In this document: positions 9,658 to 17,397 of the stretch, piece by piece
How the letters are laid out: each line of letters opens with the position of its first letter
Numbering within the stretch: position 1 is the stretch's first letter
Origin: a virus
Taxonomy: Duplodnaviria > Caudoviricetes
Strand: one strand, 5' to 3'
Virus record (IMG/VR): IMGVR_UViG_3300020045_004684
Span: 1 to 28,704 of that record
DNA: 28,704 nucleotides
The notes under the pieces: model-generated
What the model was told of the DNA's origin: nothing
The model's database searches: none
Seen by the model: only the letters and a program-made list of their open reading frames with translations
Made by a program: the position numbers and the translations under genes

Positions 9658-12600
9658 CTGCGGCGATTGTCGAAGTAAGCAATGCGCGTGGCGAAAGCAT
9701 CATCACTGCGGCGCGGCGTCTTGGCTCTATCGGTGGTATTACGGTCAACCCTGACGACACTGATCAGGAAATTCTCGATAAATATGTCTTGGCGACTGGT
9801 GAAACCATCGATACTGTAGCGCTCGCTGCGCAAGTCACTTATGACGTTTATGATTTGGTGGCTATCCCGCCTGTTCCGGCGGTTATTCCAGCAACGGCTT
9901 CGTCATTTTTCGGGCAGGAAAGCTGCGATAAACTGACAGACACCCCCGCTCGTGGTATCACGCTTCCTGCGAACGCCCTGCTCATGCCTGACGCTGGCAC
10001 AAACTGGTATTGCTATATCATATTCCGCACTGGCGATGTTGTGGCGAACGGCACGACCTATGAAGTTTTAGCGTCTACAGGCAGCACGATTATCACGGGT
10101 AGCAGTTCAAATCGTGCAATTGCGCTCTACGAACGTGCGGTCGCATCCCCTGCCAATATGGCGTGGAAGTTCCAGGCTGCAATCAATAATTCAAATCGTG
10201 ATTTGCTGACAGGCCTTTCTCCTGCGTTGACCGCTCAAGATAAGGTGCAATTCGGTGATTGGTGCATCTTGATTGGTGTGCGGGATGGTATCCCCCATTA
10301 TGCTGCGACACAGGTTGGTGTGCATGACGCACTACCGTTTACGGCAAAGGCATCTAGCGTTGCCGCCTTTGACAGCTTCCATTTCCCGGCTGCAACTACT
10401 GGCGACACAATCCAACGCACGTCCAATTTGGCGACGATCACGCGGGTGGCGGGTGTGGTTGGAACGCTTGCTATCGGTGATAGGGTGCTTGTTAATTCGT
10501 CTGACACGAGTTTCAATGGCATCCAGACGTTGACCGGAAAAACGGGGACCACAATTTCCTTTGCGTCAACCGGCGTGGACACGGGGACTGTCGCCAATCC
10601 AACCTATGCAGAACAGCGCACCCCAGTCACCCTATTTAACACGCTTGGACGTCTGGAAACTGCTGTAGCGTCAGACGCTTATGGGTGGGGTGGTGGTATC
10701 TCCCGCGTTGAAATGCGTTACGGCGATCTACCATTGACCGGCTCTGATTTAGACCTCGGCTGGTTCCAGAATGTCGCAAATCAATCTGTCGCATCTGCTG
10801 ACTTGCCGGGGACGAAACACTATGCTTCGAGCCTTAGCCCTGTTGCGAGCTATGCAGCTGACGGAGACGGGACTGTCAGCAGTGTTGCAACGGCTATCGG
10901 TTCTGTTCAGACAGCGGCTGCGATTGGCGCTTCTTGGTTGCACCTTGATCCATGGCCTCATGAAATGGGCATCCCTACGAAATTCGGGACGAACGCAACG
11001 CGAGAATGCGAGATTGGTTTTGATTATCTTGGCGCACCCGGCGGCATTATGGGGCGCGTTGTAGATAGCACAGGGGCAGTTGTGATGACTGACCGGCTGC
11101 TATCATCAACAATGCGCAATGGTCGTGGTGTGTTGATCCTGCCAGAGGGTATCCCGGCGGGCGTCGGATACGAACTCAAATACTGGTGGGCTGCGAATGA
11201 TGCTTATATCGGGACATGGAAAATGCCGCCGATTAAGCCACGCTATCCGGTATGGTCGCAATCGACTGGTGATGTGCTGTTCAAGGCTGCGAGCACTGGT
11301 GGAACGCGGACGCCTGTTGCAACCACAATCGGTTATAATGGAATCGGCGGCGTCGCTAGCGGTCTAGGATCGACGGGGACTAACCCGACCGACGCGCCGG
11401 GGGATTGGTGCAGGTTCTCCAATTTGCGGACGCGATACGCAAATCAGGCAGGTGATGGCATGATTGCTTGTGCTGATACCATCGCCACGCTGCGTAATTC
11501 AGCATTCGGCACAAATTGCGGCGTTGATCTGCTCAATATCACCCGCTCAGGCCATGCCATGGACATGATGTGGACTGACCGCAAACGGTGGGTCAATCTG
11601 ATAGGCACTGCAAGTGTTGGCGGCACGTTGTCTGGTAATTGGACCCCGCACCCCATGTATGCATCTACATCGCCTGTGTGGACGAAAACGGATAGCGTCA
11701 ATATCTATCGCGGCGGCACATGGACGCTCGGCAGTGATGGTATTTACACACTGACTGGTGGAACCCTTGTGGGGCAGGCTAGCACCGCTGGCGTTGTGTC
11801 TGGCGGTGTGACGGGAACCTATAACCACGACACAGGCGCTTATTCCATCACTGACCCCATTGGTGGAACGCTCTACATTTCTGGTGAAATGGAATTTGAC
11901 AGCCAGACAGGCAGCACAGCAACTCGGCAACCATCCGATGGCTTCACCTGCTTTGGACATGAGGATATTGACGATAGCGGGCACTTGTCGAACCTGCTGA
12001 AAACGTGCGGGCCTGTGACTGCTGTTGTCACCTTTTGGGCAAATTACCTACTTTCGTGGGCTTCGTCGCGTTCTCAGGCTGAGATTAACGCTAAGGTCGC
12101 GTTTGATCTTGATATGGTTCGCCGTCGCTTCGAGAGTTTCCCAAGTGTCGCTGGCGTCCCGTGGCTTGTGCTGGCAGACCCTCGCACCACGTCCACGAGT
12201 TCCATTGGCGAGCATAAACTGCGCGTTGCGATGCGGGAATATGGCCTGAACAACCCTGACACGTATTGGGGGATCAACGCAATCAACGCTGAAATGGATG
12301 GTGTGTCAAATTCGCCACACTTTGGAACAGCGGCTGCGTCCGGTCAACTTGTCGGGATCACGATAGGCCACGCCGTCTGCAAGATTGAAGGGGTGACAGG
12401 CGCAAAGGCAGATGAGGTTTTTCTGACTAATGCCGTGCGCTCTGTTGATGGCACCACGATTGATCTGACGTTTAATAATGCGTCCGGGAACCTGACGAAC
12501 AGCGGCGGGGAAGTGGAGGGCCTATATTGGGGCACTGTCGCTGGTAGCCTTTCCCTACTCGATACCGCTACGCATACGGTCACGATCACAAGCGCTAACA

Positions 12601-12812
12601 CGGTTCGCGTAGTGAAGGATAGTGGGACATGGGCTGCAACTACATATTGGAACTATGGCGTCGGCTATGTCTTTCCATATTCAGCCACAGCAGGTCTTGA
12701 AACAGCGCAACTCGCCAAGATGCTGGTGGTTGATACCGGCGGATACGAGGGTATTCGCCTTGGTTCTCCGGTCAGTTTCACACCTTATGATGTTGTTTCG
12801 ATCCAAGCATAA
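9654..12812 (+). CDS. Large tail spike / receptor-binding protein with a putative SGNH (sialate O-acetylesterase-like) domain
   Basis: 1052 aa, Thr/Gly/Ser-rich. 'WSQST' (block I-like) and 'DGVSNSPHF' (block V-like), flanked by Ig-like segments. Confidence 0.65.
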   Translation: MTAAIVEVSNARGESIITAARRLGSIGGITVNPDDTDQEILDKYVLATGETIDTVALAAQVTYDVYDLVAIPPVPAVIPATASSFFGQESCDKLTDTPARGITLPANALLMPDAGTNWYCYIIFRTGDVVANGTTYEVLASTGSTIITGSSSNRAIALYERAVASPANMAWKFQAAINNSNRDLLTGLSPALTAQDKVQFGDWCILIGVRDGIPHYAATQVGVHDALPFTAKASSVAAFDSFHFPAATTGDTIQRTSNLATITRVAGVVGTLAIGDRVLVNSSDTSFNGIQTLTGKTGTTISFASTGVDTGTVANPTYAEQRTPVTLFNTLGRLETAVASDAYGWGGGISRVEMRYGDLPLTGSDLDLGWFQNVANQSVASADLPGTKHYASSLSPVASYAADGDGTVSSVATAIGSVQTAAAIGASWLHLDPWPHEMGIPTKFGTNATRECEIGFDYLGAPGGIMGRVVDSTGAVVMTDRLLSSTMRNGRGVLILPEGIPAGVGYELKYWWAANDAYIGTWKMPPIKPRYPVWSQSTGDVLFKAASTGGTRTPVATTIGYNGIGGVASGLGSTGTNPTDAPGDWCRFSNLRTRYANQAGDGMIACADTIATLRNSAFGTNCGVDLLNITRSGHAMDMMWTDRKRWVNLIGTASVGGTLSGNWTPHPMYASTSPVWTKTDSVNIYRGGTWTLGSDGIYTLTGGTLVGQASTAGVVSGGVTGTYNHDTGAYSITDPIGGTLYISGEMEFDSQTGSTATRQPSDGFTCFGHEDIDDSGHLSNLLKTCGPVTAVVTFWANYLLSWASSRSQAEINAKVAFDLDMVRRRFESFPSVAGVPWLVLADPRTTSTSSIGEHKLRVAMREYGLNNPDTYWGINAINAEMDGVSNSPHFGTAAASGQLVGITIGHAVCKIEGVTGAKADEVFLTNAVRSVDGTTIDLTFNNASGNLTNSGGEVEGLYWGTVAGSLSLLDTATHTVTITSANTVRVVKDSGTWAATTYWNYGVGYVFPYSATAGLETAQLAKMLVVDTGGYEGIRLGSPVSFTPYDVVSIQA

Positions 12813-12824
12813 AGGAACCTTGAT

Positions 12825-13007
12825 ATGGCTGTTGCTCCTCCACCTCCCCCGTCATCTCGCACGTCGGCAAACGCGCACTTGAACTTGCGCGCTATCGCTG
12901 AGGAATTGCTGGCTATGTCTCAACGGTGCTTGCATCTGGCAGAACAGGTTCAGGCCGACGCGGACGATTTGCAGCTTACCATCAAGCGACTGGCAGACAA
13001 TGGATAA
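12825..13007 (+). CDS. Small hypothetical protein
   Basis: 60 aa with AAGGA RBS; overlaps the next ORF. Confidence 0.6.
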   Translation: MAVAPPPPPSSRTSANAHLNLRAIAEELLAMSQRCLHLAEQVQADADDLQLTIKRLADNG

Positions 13008-13509
13008 GGCGGCGTATCTCGCGTGGGCGATTGCGCTCTGGCCTGCCTTGCTGGCGATCACGCTCTATTGCGTCATGACAAAGAACTGGGACGGGCTGCG
13101 ATGTGCGGTCCTGCTTGGCGGCGCGCAATGGGGCATGGATATGTATCTGTCCTATACCGGATGGCTTCCAGAATATGGGCAGCCGTGGCAAGTTCATCTG
13201 GTTATCTACTCAATATGTTGCATTGTTGCAACAATACTGCCAGCCGGTCGCATTTGCTCTTTACTTGGCGCGGTATTTATTGCAGGCGTAGCATGGGCGA
13301 TAGTTCGCGGCGTGGTTGAATATACCATAGGGTCAACCGGCGCGGTGGATTATCTTTATTGGCGGGGAACGCTTTACAATGGTTGGCTAATGCTTGCTAT
13401 TACAGCCGGGGGCGCATCTGGTGAAACTGGAAAGCGCATTGTTAATTCTCTTTGGCGCGGCGTTATTGGCGTTCCTGTCGCGTCGCGTAATGAGGGTGTG
13501 GCGTCATGA
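13000..13509 (+). CDS. Multi-pass membrane protein in the lysis region
   Basis: 169 aa with about 5 hydrophobic segments. Confidence 0.7.
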   Translation: MDKAAYLAWAIALWPALLAITLYCVMTKNWDGLRCAVLLGGAQWGMDMYLSYTGWLPEYGQPWQVHLVIYSICCIVATILPAGRICSLLGAVFIAGVAWAIVRGVVEYTIGSTGAVDYLYWRGTLYNGWLMLAITAGGASGETGKRIVNSLWRGVIGVPVASRNEGVAS

Positions 13510-13700
13510 CCGTAAGACCGAAGACTGAGCGCCCGTCGATCCTCGCTATTGCGGCGCTGGTCATTTCGGCTCTTGGGTTGTTCCTGAATTTCTCCGCTGC
13601 GTCGTCTGAGCCTTGGAAGGCGCTGAACGACTGGAAACATGGAATTGAGGAACGGCTTTGCAGGCTTGAGGCGACGGCTCAAAAGGGGAATTGCAAATGA
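13506..13700 (+). CDS. Single-TM small protein (holin/antiholin-like)
   Basis: One TM segment plus a short coiled coil ('IEERLCRLE'). ATGA overlaps at both ends. Confidence 0.6.
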   Translation: MTVRPKTERPSILAIAALVISALGLFLNFSAASSEPWKALNDWKHGIEERLCRLEATAQKGNCK

Positions 13701-14470
13701 ACCTGCCGCGTGGCTATATCCTTTCTGGGCAGCCGTCTCTTTTCGGCAAGCCTGATGTGATTGGCTTTGGCGATGACGCGTTTTTCGTGCGGGAAATTGA
13801 CCGCGACCGGGCAAACGCCATCATCGTTCGCAATCATTATAGCCGCAAGTTTTACAGCGCCACATACATTCATCTTGGCGTCTATATCGATGGGGAATTG
13901 CACGGCATTTTGCAATTTGGCTATGCCATGAACCCTGCCAGTGCGGGCGGGGTTGTCGAAGGCACGGGCATTGATGAGTATCTAGAACTTAACCGCATGT
14001 GGTTGGATGACTTCGCCCCACATTGCAGTGAAAGCCGGGCCTTGTCATGCGCGATCAAGTTTATCCGCCGCCGCTATCCAAAAATCAAATGGGTGCAATC
14101 CTTCGCCGATGAACGGTGCGGTAAATTTGGCGCGGTTTATCAGGCGGCGGGCTTTCGGTATTTTGGCGAGCATGATTCCATTTTTTGGGAACTTGACGGG
14201 GTTGTTTATCATAATAGCTTGATGACCCGTTCTCCCGAATTGTCTAAGTCTGCTGCGTTATTGCGGTCTGGCAAGGATCGTGCCACCAGTTCAACACTTC
14301 GCCAATTCCGCTATCTGTATTTCATGGCCCCGCGCTTTGCCCGTGGGGTAAAATTCAAAGAACAACCATTTCCTAAACCTTCTGCGGCCCGTCTATTGGA
14401 CGCCCCGGTTCCCACCGGTGCGAGCAAGGCGCGAATCCTTGGGGCCGCTCCAAATCTAGTGGCAGCATGA
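13697..14470 (+). CDS. mom: Mom-family DNA adenine hypermodification enzyme (GNAT fold)
   Basis: Motifs 'NHYS.K', 'LQFGYAMNPAS', 'YLELNRMWLDD', 'ESRALS', 'WVQSFADERCG', 'VYQAA.F.Y.G.H', 'FWELDG..YH', 'QFRY' and 'QPFPK' match phage Mu Mom. Confidence 0.9.
   Translation: MNLPRGYILSGQPSLFGKPDVIGFGDDAFFVREIDRDRANAIIVRNHYSRKFYSATYIHLGVYIDGELHGILQFGYAMNPASAGGVVEGTGIDEYLELNRMWLDDFAPHCSESRALSCAIKFIRRRYPKIKWVQSFADERCGKFGAVYQAAGFRYFGEHDSIFWELDGVVYHNSLMTRSPELSKSAALLRSGKDRATSSTLRQFRYLYFMAPRFARGVKFKEQPFPKPSAARLLDAPVPTGASKARILGAAPNLVAA
14384..14452 (+). ncRNA. tRNA-Gly-like element (non-canonical) embedded in the mom 3' end
   Basis: Perfect 7-bp acceptor stem GCGGCCC/GGGCCGC followed by T and CCA. Perfect 5-bp T stem CAAGG/CCTTG with a 7-nt loop. 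Anticodon-like arm CCGG-TTCCCA-CCGG; reduced D arm GTC-TATTG-GAC. Confidence 0.75.
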
Positions 14471-14507
14471 TAATTGCTGCGATCTATTATGCAAAGGGGC
14501 AAGGTAG

Positions 14508-14960
14508 ATGAACCTATCCGAACACTTCACACTTGCGGAACTGACGCGAACAGCGCAGCCCTTCCCGAACGTGCCGAACGCGCAAGAGATTGCCAACCTG
14601 ACCGCTCTATGCGTGAACGTGCTTGAGCCTATCCGCGCTCATTATAAAATGCCGGTGCATGTCAATTCAGGCTTTCGTAGCGCTAAGGTGAACGCGGCGG
14701 TGGGGTCTAAACCAACGTCATGGCATCGCAAGGGGTGCGCTGCTGACATTGAGATGTGGGGCGTGACGAACGCTGCGCTGGCTTGCTGGGTGCGGGATAA
14801 TCTCAAATTCGCAGAGTTGATCTTGGAGAACTATCGCCCTGGCATTGTCGGCTCTGGCTGGGTGCATGTCGCCTATTGCGCTGGATGGAACGTGGGCAAG
14901 GTCAAGACAATGCGATTGGGTAGCCATGGCCCGGTTTATTCTGTGGGGATCAACGTATGA
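14508..14960 (+). CDS. Endolysin, peptidase M15 family (Zn D-Ala-D-Ala/L-Ala-D-Glu peptidase-like)
   Basis: 'LSEHFTLAEL', 'SGFRS..VN.AVG', 'S.H..G.AADI' and 'WVHV' zinc-binding motifs. Confidence 0.9.
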   Translation: MNLSEHFTLAELTRTAQPFPNVPNAQEIANLTALCVNVLEPIRAHYKMPVHVNSGFRSAKVNAAVGSKPTSWHRKGCAADIEMWGVTNAALACWVRDNLKFAELILENYRPGIVGSGWVHVAYCAGWNVGKVKTMRLGSHGPVYSVGINV

Positions 14961-15184
14961 CAAAGGGCATCTTTCGCGACGTGATAGGCGGTGGCCTTGT
15001 CTGCGGCTTCCTAGGGGCTGGCGCGGCGCTCTATGCGCTTCCAATCCCCGAGACGAACCACGATCTGGTTGTGTTCATGCTTGGGCAGCTTTCCGGCTTT
15101 GTCGGGGGTGTGGTTGCATACCACTACGGGACGAATGCGAGTTCAGCACGAAAGACTGAATTGATGTCCAAAGAGCAAGATTGA
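14957..15184 (+). CDS. Holin (two TM segments)
   Basis: Two hydrophobic helices, 'IPETNHDL' and 'Y.YG...SS.RK.E'; adjacent to the endolysin. Confidence 0.75.
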   Translation: MTKGIFRDVIGGGLVCGFLGAGAALYALPIPETNHDLVVFMLGQLSGFVGGVVAYHYGTNASSARKTELMSKEQD

Positions 15185-15246
15185 AGAGTTCCGCAATGCG
15201 GGAACCGGGCTGCGCGGGTCAGCAGTAAATACGAAAGGAAAGTAAC

Positions 15247-15600
15247 ATGCGCGAGTTGAACGATCATAAAGTTTACCTCGTGAACGATATAATTTCCATC
15301 ACTGTCGCGGATGAACCTGGTGCTGATGGTGCAAATCACAAATATGTGATCGGCGGATATGATGGCGCTCCTGTGATTGATTTTCAGAATGGCCCTATCA
15401 ATGAGGCTGGTGTTAATGGTGTCACACAAGAGGCTCTCTTGGCAATTGTGGCTGACAGGCTTCGTTCGTTCCAAGCAGGACCGTATAGTTCACGGGATAA
15501 CGCTATAGCGCTGACGAAAGTCGAGGAAGCTATGCAGTGGTTGCATAAACGGACACTCGATAGAATGCGCCGTAATGTTGAAGGAACGTCGCAAGTTTAA
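15247..15600 (+). CDS. tad1: Tad1-like anti-Thoeris signalling-molecule sponge
   Basis: 'EPG..GA.H.Y', 'FQ.G', 'LL.IV.DRLRSFQAGPYSSRDNA.ALT.VEEA..W...R..DR..RNV.GT' matches Tad1. Strong GAAAGGA RBS. Confidence 0.85.
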   Translation: MRELNDHKVYLVNDIISITVADEPGADGANHKYVIGGYDGAPVIDFQNGPINEAGVNGVTQEALLAIVADRLRSFQAGPYSSRDNAIALTKVEEAMQWLHKRTLDRMRRNVEGTSQV

Positions 15601-15607
15601 CCACTAA

Positions 15608-15633
15608 GGGCGGCTTGCGTTTGTGAGCCGCCC
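15608..15633 (+). terminator. GC-rich hairpin downstream of tad1
   Basis: GGGCGGCTTGC-GTTT-GTGAGCCGCCC stem. There is no U-tract, so a terminator role is uncertain. Confidence 0.4.
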
Positions 15634-15666
15634 GAAAGACTGAATTGCTTGGGAAGGATGGCGAAA

Positions 15667-15855
15667 ATGGCTGAGATTAAAACGCATCTTTATGCTCTCG
15701 ATTTGTGTGATGGGGAATCATATTGGGTGATTGGGCCAAAGCATACAGTCAATGATATTTTGAGGCACGTTCTTAATGAAGTTGGTGGTGAGGAATTGGC
15801 GTTCCTAGCGACGGAAATAGCAAGGGAAACGAGCGATGAAATTCAAGTTCTTTAA
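15667..15855 (+). CDS. Hypothetical protein
   Basis: 62-aa ORF starting MAEIKTHLYAL; overlaps the next ORF. Confidence 0.55.
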   Translation: MAEIKTHLYALDLCDGESYWVIGPKHTVNDILRHVLNEVGGEELAFLATEIARETSDEIQVL

Positions 15856-15988
15856 GCGCCTAGCAGGCCTAGCCGTAGCGCTCTCAGGCAAGCGCGGTGC
15901 AATCGACGCAGCGGGAGAGACTATCAGCCAGATCGGCGGCAAGAAGGCGCGCAAGATCGTGAAAAAGATCGGCGATCAGGTGGATTGA
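15836..15988 (+). CDS. Cationic amphipathic peptide (50 aa), possible outer-membrane disruptin
   Basis: Below the ORF-track cutoff. MKFKFFKRLAGLAVALSGKRGAIDAAGETISQIGGKKARKIVKKIGDQVD; last gene of the + operon. Confidence 0.55.
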   Translation: MKFKFFKRLAGLAVALSGKRGAIDAAGETISQIGGKKARKIVKKIGDQVD

Positions 15989-16035
15989 TCAGCGTCACCT
16001 TCCATCACGCTAGCAGGGGTTATAGCCCGCGTTTT

Positions 16036-16137
16036 GTAGTGGGTGTCAGGCGCTACCCTGATCTAGCTTGAACTACGCTAGAACAATATCCCCTTGTTCA
16101 TTCGGTTCGCTGGCAGGCTTCCAGCGTCACCCACTAC
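16036..16137. ncRNA. Candidate multibranch structured RNA
   Basis: A 10-bp closing stem GTAGTGGGTG/CACCCACTAC encloses four hairpins. Confidence 0.5.
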
Positions 16138-16286
16138 TGGCTGTGTCTCCGCCAACCGGGGAGAACAACACCCCAACCCAAGCAAATTTCCCCAATTTTA
16201 GCCGCTGCCAACCCTATTATCATGACCGGCGCTCTGATGAGAATAACCACTGGCGTCACTAGAGCGTTATATGCCCAAAATCTCAC
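16134..16286 (-). CDS. Small hydrophobic protein (50 aa)
   Basis: GTG start with GGAGA RBS; MRFWAYNALVTPVVILIRAPVMIIGLAAAKIGEICLGWGVVLPGWRRHSQ. Confidence 0.45.
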   Translation of the reverse strand: MRFWAYNALVTPVVILIRAPVMIIGLAAAKIGEICLGWGVVLPGWRRHSQ

Positions 16287-16334
16287 ATCAATCTCCAATC
16301 ACAGTAAGCATAGCAAAGAGCGCCCCTACAGTCA

Positions 16335-16775
16335 TCACTTACTCCTATCAGCCCACGCTCTCAGGGATGCGGAGAGGATGGCTAGCGCGGGGGTGGTTGC
16401 TTCCCCATAAACCTCCTCTTGGCGGACGCCAGTTTTAACCGTTGCCATCGCGCTTCCCGCGCCTGCAAAACCGCCTGTAGGATCGACGGTTAGATGATAC
16501 CGCATCCCCTCAGGCACAAACATAAGCGCGGCGTCCACATAGGCGCTGGCAGTGACACACGCGTGGAATTTCCTATTCGCTGTCAACCACTCTTTCGCCT
16601 CTTCTGTGTATGGCCCAATCCCATCTCCAGGCCATGGCGTTCCATCGCTTTGAACTGACACGCGGTAATGTTTTGGCGCTTCGAAAACAGCGTTCCACGC
16701 TTCCTCAAGCAACGCTCGCTGCTCATCAGCCCCCGCGCTCTCGCAGCGTTCGGCTAGGGTGGTTAGGGCGTTCAT
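16335..16775 (-). CDS. Hypothetical phage protein
   Basis: 146 aa, coupled ORF. 'DAALMFVPEG' and 'ATTPALAILSASLRA' are typical of a common phage accessory family. Confidence 0.7.
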   Translation of the reverse strand: MNALTTLAERCESAGADEQRALLEEAWNAVFEAPKHYRVSVQSDGTPWPGDGIGPYTEEAKEWLTANRKFHACVTASAYVDAALMFVPEGMRYHLTVDPTGGFAGAGSAMATVKTGVRQEEVYGEATTPALAILSASLRAWADRSK

Positions 16776-17026
16776 TGTGCGGCCCTTTCCCTTGCCCGCC
16801 GCTGTTGCCGCGTCTCAGGCCAACCACCTTCCGGCATGGCAGGATGCGGTGTTCGGTCGATCACCGGCTTGCGTTTCTTCATTGGTGGTCCGGGTGGTGG
16901 CATAATGTCATCGCCCAGCATGTCGTCATCAGACCTAAGCCGCGAAGCAGTGAGCCCGCCCAACCCCAGCGAAGCGACTGCTAGCCCCATAAGCATTGCT
17001 GTGCGTCTCATCGCTTCCCCTCCCAC
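16772..17026 (-). CDS. Hypothetical protein
   Basis: Coupled ORF with a hydrophobic N-terminus, ending 'ETRQQRRARERAAQ'. The start may be about 17011. Confidence 0.55.
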   Translation of the reverse strand: MGGEAMRRTAMLMGLAVASLGLGGLTASRLRSDDDMLGDDIMPPPGPPMKKRKPVIDRTPHPAMPEGGWPETRQQRRARERAAQ

Positions 17027-17196
17027 GCTTCGATTGCGTCGAGCGTGGCTATGGCTGCATCGCGCATGTCGCTATACAGTCCGAACGCTTGCGCGCTCTC
17101 ATACCATCCAGCCCCGCCAAAATGGTCACAGTGCGCACGTGCCACCGCTTCCACCAGATCATCCGGCCATGTGCCGTCTATGCGGCGTAGGGTCAT
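17008..17196 (-). CDS. Hypothetical protein
   Basis: Coupled ORF with 'LVEAVARA ... AAIA' accessory-gene pattern. Confidence 0.6.
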   Translation of the reverse strand: MTLRRIDGTWPDDLVEAVARAHCDHFGGAGWYESAQAFGLYSDMRDAAIATLDAIEAWEGKR

Positions 17197-17396
17197 GCCC
17201 TCTTTCCTTCCATTAATCGCTCGGCGATGTTTTCGACAAATACCGCTGTCTGGCGCGGTGTGCGCTGATAGAGTTTACCAATGCCAAGGCAGAGGCTTTC
17301 CAGCACCACCCAGCATTGCGCCTCGTTGTTGCCTTCTGCGATCAGCTTCAGCGCTGGCAATAGAACTGCGTTGTGCCTGTCTGTTGGGGTGTCCAT
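17193..17396 (-). CDS. Hypothetical protein
   Basis: 67 aa, tightly packed in the operon. Confidence 0.6.
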   Translation of the reverse strand: MDTPTDRHNAVLLPALKLIAEGNNEAQCWVVLESLCLGIGKLYQRTPRQTAVFVENIAERLMEGKRA

Positions 17397-17397
17397 A

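Noticed and set aside
14384-14452. Canonical translational tRNA-Gly or an attP tRNA fragment
   Set aside because: The D arm, anticodon loop size and T loop are non-canonical. Both acceptor strands are present and complementary, unlike the 3'-only host-identical fragments at att sites. Kept as a tRNA-like element.
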